Of a stretch of 64,000 bases of DNA, positions 29,956 through 45,039 are shown one piece after another; position 1 is the first letter of the stretch; the number at the start of each line of letters is the position of its first letter. The position numbers were made by a program, and so were the translations under genes. The stretch covers positions 164,548,001-164,612,000 of the forward strand of contig OZ024740.1 in NCBI GenBank assembly GCA_964016885.1. The letters are read 5' to 3'. The notes under the pieces are model-generated. The model was not told where the DNA came from, made no database searches, and worked only from the letters and a program-made list of their open reading frames with translations. This stretch comes from Eledone cirrhosa (lineage: Eukaryota).

Positions 29956-32251
29956 AAATTATCATTAATATAATCATATTTATTCTTACTATTATTGACT
30001 TTCTGCATAAAATTCGCTTATCATTCGTGCTCTGCAATCACTGTAGAAAATTAGAGATTTGCATCTGATTAATGTATTGTTTATTTTGTTATTTCTTGGA
30101 ATGCTTTGTCTGAGGACGGTCCAGCAAATTTACAGGTCAGTAAAAGGGTAAATGCTCCGTAACGCCGTGGATAAGGTATACAGAAAAAAGTTAGGTTCAT
30201 AACAGTGTGTTGATGGATGTTGAACATTTCCTATCAGAGTTTCTATCTCTCTTTGAAGAAGCTGCCATTCTATGTTAAGCATAGGGCAAGAATGTCTGTC
30301 TGGCCTCAGTCGTCTACCAGTTAGGAAAATCCACATAGTATGGAACGTCCACACTAGCATTCTCTCGGAATTTCTTGGTGACATTTAAATTTATTCCAAT
30401 AGCAATACCAAAATAACTGAAGTGAAACGGTGTCAAGTGAGAATTGAAACTATGTTTGCAATCTTAATCCACCTGGCATTTATGTGTTGGTCTATATTAC
30501 TCCCTGCTTCTTTAAATACATAAATTAAAATTTATAGAAATAGAGTAACGATGTTATTACATAACTGAACATGCTAAATAAGAAATGTTTCTAGAGGTTT
30601 ATCTAATTAAATATCCATCCACTTTAAAGTCTGGGAAAGGTTCAAGGTGAGAAGAATATATATAAAATGAAATATTCTATAGTGTAAGTCACCTCCTATT
30701 TGGCTTCTGAAATAATACTTGACATCCACGTTGACAAATTAGGAAAAAGTCTTTATATTCAGTTTCTTTTGATTTTGACGTAATACATTTAAAACTTTGT
30801 AGAACACATTTTATCGGTCAGTCAGAAAGCGGTGCCATTAGCACTTTTAATGACATCTGAGACCAGTGGGTAAAAGGAAAGTAGGAAAGTATCCTCAAAC
30901 CAGAGGTCTGGTCAGAATACTTTCAGTTGAGTGGACTCCGATAAATGCATCGAAGTGTCAGGGAGTGGTATCAAACCCAGTGATTGATTATATCTACCAT
31001 CCAAGTAAGTCAGGAAAAGCCGGAAGAAATACAGTAAAGCCTGGCGCTCTAATACCCTCGTCTATTCACTGCTCAACACTGGCACTTTAGTTTATCGAAC
31101 TTGAAAAGTTGAAGGTCAGAATTGCCTTCAGCGTGATTTGAACTGAGAGAAACAATAGACATTTGTCTAATGAAATTAAAACAAAAAATTCATGTAGCTA
31201 GATCTGATTCTGGTAGCATGTACTCGACTTATAGAAATAATTTTCCGTATGTTCAACTATACATATTTATATATATGTGTGATTAAAAAGGTCAGCGTGA
31301 TTGTAAGCCCAATATATGAAGTGAGTATAGTTACTATGAATGAAATGGTTTTAGACGAGGAATTTTCATTGTGAATTAAAACCATCCTTCGGGGAAACGC
31401 CTTCTCCATTCTATCCGCCGGGCCGCTGGATGGCCAGCGTATGGGCCCCCATTTGCTTATAATAGTGAGAGATGGGGAGAGCGAGACAGATGTAATGACA
31501 ATGGGAATCTGATTCCATTATGTTCAGACCTAACATATACGTATATATGTATATTCCTTACACTATGATGACATCACATTAAAAATTATAGTCTTTACTT
31601 TAATACAGCAAAAGATACTATAAACATTTGAATTAAGAAACGTCTCACTCGGACACAACACAATTGACTTAATTTTCATGCCAAACCTGATTGGGCTGAT
31701 TTAAAATCAAATGTTTTCCAGTATCATAATCATTTTATTTCTTTTTTTAGACACAATGCATATGTAAGGGCATATTATGCAATATGTACACATATACATG
31801 CATTCATTATATCCCTTTTGTGGGTGCTAATTTTCAATAAGTGCAAATGTTCTCTGAAGTCAAGACATTCTCAGGCGTAGGGAACATGTAACCTCCTTCA
31901 CATATTCCATATGCCTTCTATACACACAGGCGTATTTTGAGGCGTATTTACTCCCCTACGGGGATAAATATGCACTTATGCTAAAGATAGTGAGTGTCTA
32001 TGCGTTTATGCTTAATAAAATGTAGATAGGTGTACATATTTTAAGGAAAGGCCCTAATTAGCTCCCTGTTAAGAACTGTGAATAAGAAAAAAAAAAGATA
32101 GAGGTATTAAACTTTTTCTAAAGATTCTACATAGGCAATTCATATAAATCTACATAGATTCGAAATAAAGTATGATTGGCTAGCACAACATGACGTAATT
32201 ATTATGTATCTTTGTAATACATATCAGGAAGGAATTTGTGGTCCACTATAT

Positions 32252-32304
<53 letters not shown>

Positions 32305-32316
32305 CACCCACACACC

Positions 32317-32365
<49 letters not shown>

Positions 32366-33275
32366 TTGTGTTTGTGTGTGTGTGTGTATGTGTGTATGTG
32401 GAGGGGGGTATCCATTGTGTATGTATGTGGTGTTTAATATATATTTTGGGTGTAATAATGTGTGTGCGTGAGAATATGTAAATTAAATGATTTCACATGA
32501 GGCTTTAAACTAATATAAAAAAAAATATCTAACGTTTTTTTTTAGTGACATTATAAGCCAACACGTGAGTTCCTGCTCCGACAAAGGTGAAAAATGAGGA
32601 TCAAGTGACCATATTAATGGTAAGGGTTTCGTTATTAGTATGAATATTTTATTACAGACCCGTCAAGATAATAAATGACTGAGCTTTTAAAATAATATTC
32701 CCACGTTCTTCAGAGAAAGACAGATATGAGAAACGCGTTGAGAAAGAAAAGAGAAACTGACAGAGAGAGAGAGAGGGGGGGGGGGCAGCGAGAAAGCGAG
32801 GTGTAGAGAAGGAAAGAGAGGGATGGGGCAGACAAAGAGAGAGAGAGAGAGAGAAAGGAGGAGGAGAGATACAGTGAGGGTCGGTCAAAAAAGGAGAGAG
32901 TATGATTGCCTTAAAGTACACCTAAGATAAATGTGTTATTACATACATGCACACTTTGAATAAAATAGTATGTTTTCTGCTTTACTTGCTTTTTTGCTTT
33001 GCTTCCCTGCTGAGTGAAGGAGAATATCTACCTGATGTCTTGGAGCTGGCATTCACTTTTCTTCTTTTTTTTTCCTTTTCCTCCCTTCCTTCTTCCTTTA
33101 TTTTCCCTTTTCTTTTATTCTTCTTCTGCGTCTATCTCTTGATTTTTATCTCAAACTCACTCTCTTCCCTAAGTATCTATCACTTTTCGTCTCGCTATAT
33201 CGCATTCTCTTTTACTGAGTTGTGTGTGTATCTATATCTGTACGTACGTGCATGAGCATACACACATACGCAAAC

Positions 33276-33412
<137 letters not shown>

Positions 33413-34667
33413 CGCGGTGCGGACGATATTTGTTCGCAAGATTACTGTCTAGGAGAATATAACACAGTAGTTTTATTTTTTAAGATATATTTATCAAACT
33501 TGGGTCGGTCAGTTTGTCTTCATGACTTGTTCTTTCGATCTCACTCGATAAATCTGCCATTGGCTTTGATGACGGCCTCAAGGCGGCCTCGGAACCGGCT
33601 ACAGGCCTTCGCCACTGTCCCCCGACTTAGGCCCCTAAAGTCACTTGTGATCCTGGCCTTCAGATCGTCTTTCGCATTGCAGCTAGATCTGTTGGTGTCT
33701 CGTTCCACTGCGCCCTATACAAAGAAGTCGAGGGGGTTGCAGTCAGACGAGCTGGGAGGCCAGATGTCAGGTGAAGTGTGGTCAACGAAGTTCTCTGACA
33801 GCCAGGCTTGGGTCTTTCGGCTGGTATGGCAGGGCGCTGAGTCTTGCTGCCACACGTACGGCCTACCTGCAGCTACCTGGTCTATCGAGGGCTTTACTAC
33901 CTCGCTCAGAAAGCGGATGTAATCATCGGTGTTCAGCTTGAGGCCCTCAAGGAAGAAGTGAGGTTGCATGACGTCACCTTGACTGCTGACGACACCTTAG
34001 ACCAATGTTGTCGCTGGAAACTTTGTCTGTATGACTCTGGGCACATCTTTGGATGAGACAGTGAGCCACCTATTGTTCTGTGAGTTGATCTTCTGGTCCC
34101 AGCAGAAGTTTTTCTCGTCGGAGAACAACCACAGCATGTCTGGCTCCAGTGGGTGTTTCAACTTGTTGATCAGCTTCTTTGCGTGCTTCAGTCGCTTTTC
34201 TTGCATCGCCTTTGACAGAAATTGTCCTTTCCTCATCTTGTATGAAACGGAGCGAATGTCTTCATGTACCACCAGCCTAATGAGCTTTTCATCCACGCCT
34301 TTCTCCATTGCAACGACGAACTCAGGCGTTCTGAAGGCGTCAGATCGTCGATCATGTGTTTTCCTCTCTGATGTTGCTTCGTAGTCGAATCCTGAATCTT
34401 CCAATTCCTTTCTGACCTTTTCCACCATTCTCCTGCTGACGCTGAGAAAGTCTGAAATTTCCTTATTTGTCCTCCTGGCGCGGATTCCAAGAAGAACTCC
34501 GTGTCTCTTCCACAAATTTGGAGGTTCAAAATTATTCATAATCAATTATTCTGAAAATAAATGATGGAAATATAGTCGCTGTTTTTATGAAGACAAGAGT
34601 GACAACGGAAGTAAATAAATTGCATAAAATCAGCAGTTGAAAATTGCGAACAAATATCGTCCACACC

Positions 34668-34670
<3 letters not shown>
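33413..34670 (-). mobile_element. Tc1/mariner DD37D (maT-like) transposon with a disrupted transposase
   Basis: About 27 bp TIRs (..ggacgatatttgttcgcaa) with TA flanks; FSDEK, QQDSAPCH and WPPSSSDCNPLD with 37 residues between the second and third D; ORF broken. Confidence 0.92.
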
Positions 34671-34734
<64 letters not shown>

Positions 34735-34737
<3 letters not shown>

Positions 34738-34955
34738 TTATTAAAATAACAGATTAAAGTTTAAGCAAAGAATCGCTGCTTTCACCCTTAACGGGATCTT
34801 CTGAAACTAACGAAGTCAATCTGTAAACGCAAAAGTAGATATTTCAAAAAACGTTTCAACCGTTTACAGATTGACTTTGTTAGTTTCAGAAGATCCCGTT
34901 AGGGGTGAAAGCAGCGATTCTTTGCTTAAACTTTAATCTGTTATTTTAATAAATA
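34735..34955. repeat. Fold-back carrying two CAGAAGA hammerhead-like motifs (34758-34808 minus, 34882-34932 plus)
   Basis: About 95 bp near-perfect arms with a 31 bp spacer; family D. Confidence 0.85.
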
Positions 34956-35192
34956 TTTACTCTACGGTTCTTATATATTTGATATATATTTATGCTTATC
35001 GAGCCCTCTTTGGATTTTAGTCTTCAAATTTATTATTATTACTATATATATATAACGAAGGAAATGTGGTAAGGAAATAGGTGGACCATAACGCACCAAA
35101 GTACTCAATACTTAGGGTAGTAGAGTGGGTAATAGGAACGGGTAGGACCCAGACGGCTGAGCTGAAGCCGTTTCGACGGCTAATTCTGAGTT

Positions 35193-35239
<47 letters not shown>

Positions 35240-35280
35240 AATAAAGAAGTACACATATCTCTACACGCGTATATACATAC

Positions 35281-35342
<62 letters not shown>

Positions 35343-35477
35343 GGAAAAGAATGAAACGAAATTTAATTTCTCAATCTTAGTACGGTTGCTACTTAAATAT
35401 AAGTATTTATACGTCTATACATATATGTGTACATACTACTGTACGTCTGTACACATATATGTATGTACGTATAAATA

Positions 35478-35510
<33 letters not shown>

Positions 35511-35630
35511 AAGGCGGGTAAATATATATATATGTATATGTATGTATGTGTGTATATATATATATATATACACGCAAATTACATACACTCACACGTACAT
35601 ATATACATACATATTTATATATATATATAT

Positions 35631-35709
<79 letters not shown>

Positions 35710-35738
35710 CATACACGCAAACTACATACACTCACACG

Positions 35739-35769
<31 letters not shown>

Positions 35770-35831
35770 CCATACGTATATATATATATATATATATATA
35801 TTTATACATATATACACGCAAACTACAAACT

Positions 35832-35895
<64 letters not shown>

Positions 35896-36149
35896 CAACC
35901 ATACGTAGATTAACACAGAACATGTATGGTTGTGTACGTGATTATGTAAATGTGTTGCTGTTTACGGTTACAATTTGTCAACAGACCAATTCTTGGAAAA
36001 CGGTAAAGCCATTGCCTAGCGCATGCCATGACGGAGTGGAAAGAACATTGAGATTTCATTTCTTTCGTTCTGTTTTTATGCATGTAATTTGGGACCACTA
36101 AATTGTTATACATCTGTGTATGGATTGATACCTGCTGTTTCATTGCTCT

Positions 36150-36165
36150 TAGTGGTGGTAGTAGT

Positions 36166-36209
<44 letters not shown>

Positions 36210-36263
36210 GTAGTAGTAATAGTAGTAGTAGTAGTAGTAGTAGTAGAAGTAGTATTAGTAGAA

Positions 36264-36309
<46 letters not shown>

Positions 36310-36390
36310 CAGCAGCAGCAGCAGCAGCGGTACAACTTGTAGTAGTAGTAGTTGTTGTTGTTGCTGTAGTAGATCTAGTAGAAGTAATTA

Positions 36391-36432
<42 letters not shown>

Positions 36433-36544
36433 AATGATGATGAGGAGGAGTATTAGTATTAGCATTAGTAGTATTGGTTGTTGTAGTTTTAGTAGTAGCA
36501 GCAGCGGCAGTAGTAGTAGTAGCTGCAGCAGCAGTAGCAGCAGC

Positions 36545-36592
<48 letters not shown>

Positions 36593-36595
36593 TGA
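36150..36595. repeat. Compound (AGA)/(AGT)/(AGC)n trinucleotide tract
   Basis: Directly visible. Confidence 0.95.
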
Positions 36596-37969
36596 TGTTG
36601 TTATACTGTTATTGTGATGGTTGTTTTGGATGTTGCTGTTGTGGTTGTTGTGGAATTGATATTGATGGCAGTATGGAAGTGGCTCTAATCAATGTGGATA
36701 GTGTTGATGCTGGTAGGATGAGCTGGTGGTGGCGGTGCTGATGATCACAACGTGCATCCATGACAGATGATCCATCTAAATATATTCTTCCAAGTGATCA
36801 AGTATGAGTAGGAAATTCTTGATTAAAGGTTAGAGAACGGAAGTACTCTGCCCAGTTAAAGCCATCTTAGAGATTCTCTACTGGTAGAAAAGCTACCTGC
36901 GTTGTCACAATCCTCGAACTTGGCGATAATGGGGCTATAAAGGTAATCCAGAATTCAATAGTTGAACGCTATAATATTCTCTGGCGGCATTCCGGGTAAA
37001 ATCTATTAATGTGGCATAAGTTTAATAACCAGAAAATTATAGTATGTTGAACGAATTATACTGTTCATAAATATGAAAAAAAAACATGTAGAGCTTTATA
37101 ATGAAACACTCAAAGTAGCTCTCTTTTGAATGTAGAGAGATAAATGCTCATGTATATTTTACTCATGTATATTCTTAGAAGAATTGGTTGGTCACTTTCT
37201 TAAAAGAATTCTCACAGTCTCAATATTCTGTCGAGCTGATCGACACACTGTTGATAATATTCCTTTCCCGTCTTATGATACAGTCACTGGAATTTTTGCG
37301 TGTGATTTAGAGAGATCCTTGAAGCATTCCACATACACACACTTCAAGTTATAAGATCCCTCAAGCTAATATCCTAAGAAAAACAATCATGGTTAGTATT
37401 GAAACATTCAACTTTGGTATATAGTTTCGTTAGTTGGGACATGTCATGAAGATGCCTGAAAACAAGGCTGCAAACAAGATTCAATGACACAAAAAGCACC
37501 TTTAACGGAAATGATCAGAAGCTGTTGAGAAAGCAAGCCACTATATGTGGCACAATAGAGAAAACGAATACTGCATCTAATACAGTGAGGGATGTCCATC
37601 AAATAAGATCAAGAGTTGAGGTTGAAAATATATTTGGCTTTAAGTTACGATATATGAAACACCTAAGTTCATGTTATTGTGTTAGATTTTCATCATCTGA
37701 ATAGGTATCTGGTCCTAGATAACTACAGTGTCACGGTGGGAAAGGTCGAAACATATACTTGTTGATTCAACGTCTGATGATACATCGCCCATTGCATTCA
37801 GAGACGGAGTACAAATTTGACCTCAATTCATAGGTATTATATATATATATACAATACATACATACATACACACACACACATATACATACATATATATATA
37901 TATATAAAATACATACATACACACACACATACACATATATATATATATATATATGTGTGTGTATGTATG

Positions 37970-38039
<70 letters not shown>

Positions 38040-38986
38040 CTATGTAAATGACACTGACGATCGTTTCATTCTAGCACAAGGCCGATTTCATCGGAGTTGA
38101 TAACAAAAGTCTAACATGTATGAATGTATGTGTGTGTGTATGTGTGTGAGTGCGTCTTAGTGTGTGTTTGAATGTATGCATGTGTGAATCTTGTCTACGT
38201 GTGTGGGTGTGTGTGGGTGTGTGTGTGTATGTGTGTGTGTGTGTGTTTTATGTAAGTGTTCGTGAGCATATACATTTCCTAAATTGTTTGCATGTAGCAC
38301 ATAAAAAAATACATCCTGAAGAGAAAGAACCGTAGTTTTATTTTAATTATTTGCATTATGTCCTATGTCTAACATTTTGCTTTCATTCTTTGTTTTGGGA
38401 TTGGTAGTATCGGTAAAGGGTCTGACGCAATGCTTTGCAGCATAGAGTTATGTCCCTTTATGATCTGAGTTAAAATCCCACCGAAGTTAATTTTGCCTTT
38501 CTCCTCCCCCAAAATTGTTGGCCTTGTGCCTATATAAGAAACCATTATTTCATAAATGTTCTCTTTATATCATTATTTCCTTCGTTTAAACTGTTTTGTT
38601 TTCTATCTTTCTTATTTCTGTCTATATTTAGATCTATCCATCTATCTTTATATTTTTCTATCTATACTTCATTCGTTCTTCCTTTCTTCTCTCTTTTCTC
38701 CCTCTACTTTGTGTTGCCTTTGATTATTTCAAACTTACCTTCTCTTTACTTATCCTACTACTTTCCCTTCAGACCTTCATCTCTGATATCTATTATACAC
38801 CCGATATTTATACATACTTCAATGAATCTTCCGATATTAACGGATTAGCTTTACTTTCGAGTTTGTCTCCTTCACGTAGGCGTAGATTCTTGCAGAATTC
38901 ATACTATACACTCACACGCACTCACTCAATCTCAAATAATCTAACACACACACTATCACATATATATACGTATGTATTAGGTACAG

Positions 38987-39046
<60 letters not shown>

Positions 39047-39831
39047 TCATACATACGTCATACATATATATATATATATATGAAAAACAAGGGGAGAAGA
39101 ATACTGCATGGTTGCACATGGATTACATATTATAAAATTAGTCCCTCATCAGTGATAAACATATATATATTATATATACCTATATACCTATATACCTATA
39201 TACCTATATACACAGATTCACAGAAACCACACTCACACACACACACACATATATGTATATATATATATATATATTGAATGTGTATGTCTGTGTATGGGAT
39301 TAGGTTTTTCAGTGTGTATATAAAACGCAAATGACAGGATCATGGAAACTGTGAAGTAGGGAAGGAATAAAGAAGCAAGTGACATGCAATATTGCATTGT
39401 GTTAATTGTGCATACAGAAGGCATTCTGTTCTATGATATGGATTCAGTCGTGTTATGGTAAAGACATCTCTCACACATCATGATCCTGCTTTACTCAATA
39501 TCTTTTATTTTGCCTCTCAATCTCTGTCTTTCTTTTTACATCCCAATCCAAACACGCCACACTCTACACTCTCTCCCGTTCTCTCTCTATATATATGCGT
39601 ATCGATATATGTGCATACATATACATTCATACGTTCTCACACGCATTTCCATCGTTTCTTACTCCACTGGACAGTGTTTTGGGTGTGTCAGATGCTGTGC
39701 CCCGGGTGGACTTGCAGTATCGTTGGTAGAAGTCGAAACTGCCAGAGTCCATCTCAATTAAAAATTATTGCCTTTTCGTTTTGCCGTATTTTCGTTCGTT
39801 GTGTTGTCCTCTCTTTAACTTTCATACATAC

Positions 39832-39879
<48 letters not shown>

Positions 39880-39886
<7 letters not shown>

Positions 39887-40166
39887 AAAAAGAGATGAAA
39901 TCGAAAATGCAACTGAAGTCTTATTTTTTAAAAAAATATATATATTTATTTGGTTCCTTTACCGGTTTCGCAGTTCTTCTGCTTTTCAAAAGGTGAGTTG
40001 AGATGGAGGGTCTGTGGTTTTTCAAAAACCACAGACCCTCCATCTCAACTCACCTTTTGAAAAGCAGAAGAACTGCGAAACCGGTAAAGGAACCAAATAA
40101 ATATATATATTTTTTTTAAAAATAAGACTTCAGTTGCATTTTCGATTTCATCTCTTTTTCTTTATA
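39880..40166. repeat. Near-perfect 287 bp palindrome with an HHR in each arm (family C)
   Basis: Centre at 40023 with a 1 nt loop; about one mismatch visible between the arms. Confidence 0.92.
40053..40090 (+). ncRNA. Type I hammerhead, C3U/G8A compensatory core (mirror copy 39956-39993 minus)
   Basis: cctt-TTGAAAA-gcag aagaa ctgc-GAAA-ccgg-TA-aagg. Confidence 0.85.
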
Positions 40167-40221
40167 CTTTCAGTCGTGTAGGACACCTCGGTTATTTTTC
40201 ATTTTGTAAAAAAAACCTCAC

Positions 40222-40276
<55 letters not shown>

Positions 40277-40712
40277 TATAAAATTTAAAGGGTATGTACA
40301 TATAAACTAGACAAAGCCATAGATATATATAGATAGATATATGTTTTTGGCAACCATTCACGGTGTGGCTCAATGAGGAATTAATAAAATAATTAATAAT
40401 CAGAGCAATATATAAAAAGTAAGTCCATAGAATCATTAGATAAAATATATACAGTATTTCTTCTCCTAATAAGCTTGAATCAACCACACAAAAAATATCA
40501 TTTAAACGAGACTATAAGTTTAAAATATACTTATGAAGAAACAATAGATAAATGATATAGCTTTTTATCCGCGACTCACTGCTACAGAAAATTTACCTAG
40601 AATGTCTGATAGCCTGTAGAAATTGACTAGACATATAGTTAACCATACATAATTAGGTACAAAATCAAAGTTAGAAGAAAAAATGTACATAAACATACCA
40701 AAATCATCAAAA

Positions 40713-40797
40713 TATCTCTACCCCCTGCGGTTTCATTCCATTTTTGGATATATCCGATCTTGGATAAATCAACGAGGCCGGAAATCATCAGGAGATA
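40713..40797 (-). ncRNA. Type I hammerhead with long loop II (family E)
   Basis: tatctc-CTGATGA-t ttcc...ggaa t-GAAA-cc gcaggg gg-TA-gagata. Confidence 0.8.
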
Positions 40798-41086
40798 AAC
40801 TCAATTGGACAAAGATTTTTCTTACATGATCCCCACCTGAAACGAATTAAAAATGGCTAAGAATCGTCACGTGGCTTGTGGTCAAGGCAGACAGTTTGTG
40901 ATTGGTTCGTGTCGGCGAGTGGGCTGGTTGCTAGAAAGCGCATCCGAATACTGCCCAAACGTTTACTCAACCTTACGGGAGTATATAAAATTTAAAGGGT
41001 ATGGGTGATTGGGAGAAGAAATACTGTATATATTTTATCTAATGATTCTATGGACTTATATATATATATATATATATATACATACA

Positions 41087-41183
<97 letters not shown>

Positions 41184-41188
41184 GCACG

Positions 41189-41286
<98 letters not shown>

Positions 41287-41304
41287 CAACTTTATATATA
41301 TATA

Positions 41305-41796
41305 TATATATATAAAGTTGTATTCCTATCTGTTTGTTTGTTTGTTCACGAACTCCTCTTATGGTTTTGGAGACAGACCACCATAACCATATATATTCTG
41401 AAAAACATTGCCCATGGTACTTGGATAAGTATATTTCATTTTAATCAAAGGTTTCACCGGGGGCACAAACCCCCGCTGAAAATATTTTCCCTTCGATTTA
41501 TATGAAATTTAAACCATAGGTAAATGACAAGATATGATGCCTATGCACAAAAAGTTTGAATTGATATTTTGAAAAAAATTATTTACAAAATAAGAATAAG
41601 ACTTAATAATGTAATTTTGATTTGATATATTACAGAAAATAATGTTTTCCAATTTTTCCTGCATTACATTTTACATTGAGTAATATTGAAATGCAGAATT
41701 TTTCTCCAGTAATTATATCACTGATTTAAAATCAATCATCACTTTCTTACAAAAAATATGTGTTAAACGCAGAAAGGCGCTGGTAATTCGGCTAAT
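41305..41796 (+). mobile_element. Probable non-autonomous Helitron
   Basis: 5' tataaagttg..tctgtttgtttgtttg start; 3' GC-rich motif followed by gctaat. Confidence 0.4.
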
Positions 41797-42199
41797 ATTT
41801 ATATATAACAGGTAAACAGGCTATTGTGAAATTCGATTTTAAATACACAAAACAATGCAGTCTGTAGGTGAATTATCAAAATATTTATCATGGATTTTAG
41901 CATCACAGCGGTTTTATACCAAATAACATAAACATCAAAATGAAAAATAATATAAACTGAGAGAAAATTACATAAAGTGAATACTATATGTATGTGCATA
42001 TATACGTAAATATATATGTATATATATATATATATAGATATATATCGTTACTGAATTTGTTTAGCAAGATTCTTTATCTGAACACGTGTGTTGAAACCAA
42101 TATTGTTATACTTTGGGAGGGTCATGTTGCCAATAAGAAACACACGCACCAGTTGTTTCATACATACCCTTTTCAAAGACCTCCCTGTATAGATAAGAA

Positions 42200-42570
42200 A
42201 TATATAATATGTAAATTAAACCACCATATTAAATGTAAAACTAGAAATGTAGTATATAGCATAAGATGTACTGAAGGACAATGTAGAGATAAGAATATAG
42301 TGTACATAGGTGAGACAGCTCGTAGTATAGGGGAACGGATAAATGAACACTGGCGAGACCTTCAAGATAGTAAAGAATCATCTGTACTCCACCAACATGC
42401 TAAAATAGAAAATAAGGGTAAATTAGAGAACATAGAAATAAAAATAGAATCTACACACAGAAAAGACGCAATGTTTAGACAAATCACAGAGGCAATAAAA
42501 CATAAATGAACTCCAACCAAAATTAAATAGAAAACATGAATGGTACAGCAACATCACAACTTACAATTAA
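42200..42570 (+). pseudogene. PLE GIY-YIG endonuclease C-terminal fragment (frameshifted)
   Basis: CKTRNVVYSIRC...C...YIGETAR...R..EH...SVLHQH...RQITEAI, then after a frameshift ELQPKLNRKHEW. Confidence 0.88.
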
Positions 42571-42769
42571 GGACAAAATGAAAACACACACACACATAGA
42601 ACAAACAACCAACCAGTAACATGTAAATAAACAAATAAATAAACAAATATAAACACACACAGACACCCGGATGTAACACATGCGCAAAGTAAGCACACAA
42701 CACACGCAAAAACAAGATGGCGTAGGACAGAACAAAGGAGAGGCACAAAATCAAAGAAAAGAATTCCCA

Positions 42770-42812
42770 GTCACTGAAGAGGTCACAGAATGTGTGACGA
42801 AAGAACTTTGAC
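42770..42812 (+). ncRNA. Type I minimal hammerhead in the PLE pLTR (family B)
   Basis: gtca-CTGAAGA-g gtcaca gaatg tgtgac-GAAA-gaac-TT-tgac. Confidence 0.8.
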
Positions 42813-42964
42813 AATATATAAACAATCGTCTGTTTGTGGAACCAACCAACCAACCAACCGGAAATTTATAAATTCCTAAATTTATAAATTTAATCTATAA
42901 TAAATTGGAGTGAAAGTATCTGGTGCGTGTGTTTCTTATTGGCAACATGACCCTCCTAAAGCAT

Positions 42965-43016
<52 letters not shown>

Positions 43017-43124
43017 GAGTCATTTACATAAAATGTTGTATCTAATTATATCATGTAATTTTACCATAAGAAACATAATATTTACACACACGCACACATA
43101 AACACACACTCACACGCGCACATA

Positions 43125-43228
<104 letters not shown>

Positions 43229-43289
43229 CATACATATATATATACATACATACATATACACATACATACATATATACATACACACATAT

Positions 43290-43333
<44 letters not shown>

Positions 43334-43569
43334 ACATCGAGCCTGCCTCTGAAACGGCAAGATCCGTAGACTGCAGTGTCAGGTTCGATCTATAATAGAT
43401 CCTGCCTTGAGCTGATGATCGGAGAAACATATGTAATATGTTAATAAATTGTGTTTTAATGATTCACTGATTCCTCGTTATCTATAATAATATACCCTGC
43501 TCCACGTGAGCATCGAGTTCTCAAACGGCATACCGCCTACGGTCGGATTTATCGCAACCTGACAAAAAC

Positions 43570-43648
<79 letters not shown>

Positions 43649-44241
43649 AACAGGCAGAAAAAGACGATTATTAGGAAGAAAAATATTTTTTTTTCCTTTT
43701 TATTTTTTTCACTATTTTTTCTGGGTTAGAAAATGATTAAAACGAAATATTTTACTTTGTGTGAAGTGTTAAGGTATTAGTTGATTTATTTATTAATTAA
43801 CAATGGCATATATATATATATATATACATATCCAAAAGAGGAGGGGTATAGAACATAGATATCGGAACAAAAAATTAAAATGTGGATGTGTGTGTCTGTG
43901 TGTGAGTGTGTCTTATTCTCAGTCAGTTTTGATAATGCGCATTTAGCATAGACTTAAAATATATATTTCACAGTATCATTGTCAGAATGTGAAGTCATTT
44001 TGGCTTCTGTATTGCTTATTTTTAAGCCGGCAAAGGTGATTTGTGAACATTGGAGTTAAACACTATTAGCCACATGATTATTTTCATGTTCTGTTATGAG
44101 TGAATCGTTCATATTTCTAAGCAGCAACTGCCTATAATATGAATGTATTTTTCAAGAATATTTACATAATAAATACATAGCGAGACTATAACAGACTGTT
44201 GCGTATGTAACATTTGAAACCATGAAATTTACCACATATAT

Positions 44242-44296
<55 letters not shown>

Positions 44297-44316
44297 TTAT
44301 TACAATAACAGATTAA

Positions 44317-44367
44317 ATTTTAAGCAAAGAATCGCTGCTTTCACCCTTAACGGGATCTTCTGAAACT
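44317..44367 (-). ncRNA. CAGAAGA hammerhead-like motif (family D)
   Basis: Reverse complement of the 11998-12048 motif. Confidence 0.6.
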
Positions 44368-44491
44368 ATAAATATCAATCTGTGAACGCATTTAGTCTTC
44401 AAATTTATTATTATTACTATATATGTCAAGGGCGGCTAAAATTCCCGAGATCCATGGAAAAGTTCTCTCCAGCGGTCTCTGTCCTTCATCA

Positions 44492-45039
44492 TTTGTAAAC
44501 AAACAGCCCGAATTAAACCGTACAGTATTTAGCAAACATCGTTGCCCTTGTATTCAACACTGACAAAGGAACGATGTACTAGTTTCAAGCTTATTAGCTA
44601 TCGTCAGCGTCGTATACCTTCCTACCAGATGATTGAACGTCTGAAAGTATATACTTTCCTTATGCATATTAACGGCTGAGCAGCCTAATTTGCGTATCGA
44701 GTGAGTTCGTAGCCGGGCACACCGAAAACGATAAATGGAAAAAATGAAACAAAATTTCATTTCTCACTCTTAGTACGGCTGTTACCTAAATATAAGTATG
44801 TATACGTACATACATATATGTATACAGACGTACAGTAGTATGTATATAAATACATACATGCACATATATATATATATATGTACGTATGGGTTTACCGAAC
44901 ATTTATTATAATGCTCGGTTTGTTTGTAAAAAAAACAGCCCGAATTAAGCCGTACAGTGTTTAGTAACCATCGTTGCCCTTTTGTTCAACACTGACGAGG
45001 AACGATGTACTAGTTTCAAGCTTATTAGCTATCGTCAGC

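Larger units (their letters stand above)
42045..42972 (+). mobile_element. 5'-truncated Penelope-like retroelement with inverted pLTR tail
   Basis: GIY-YIG fragment, downstream HHR, and 42097-42151 inverted against 42920-42972; TA flanks. Confidence 0.88.

Noticed and set aside
36089-36595. Poly-Arg/poly-Ser ORF
   Set aside because: Trinucleotide microsatellite with no other coding signal
37190-37375. Further Ig-like fossil exon (..AKIPVTVS*DGK)
   Set aside because: Similarity too weak to list as a feature
37755-37790. GAAAC..CTGATGA as a type II hammerhead
   Set aside because: Stems I and II do not pair convincingly
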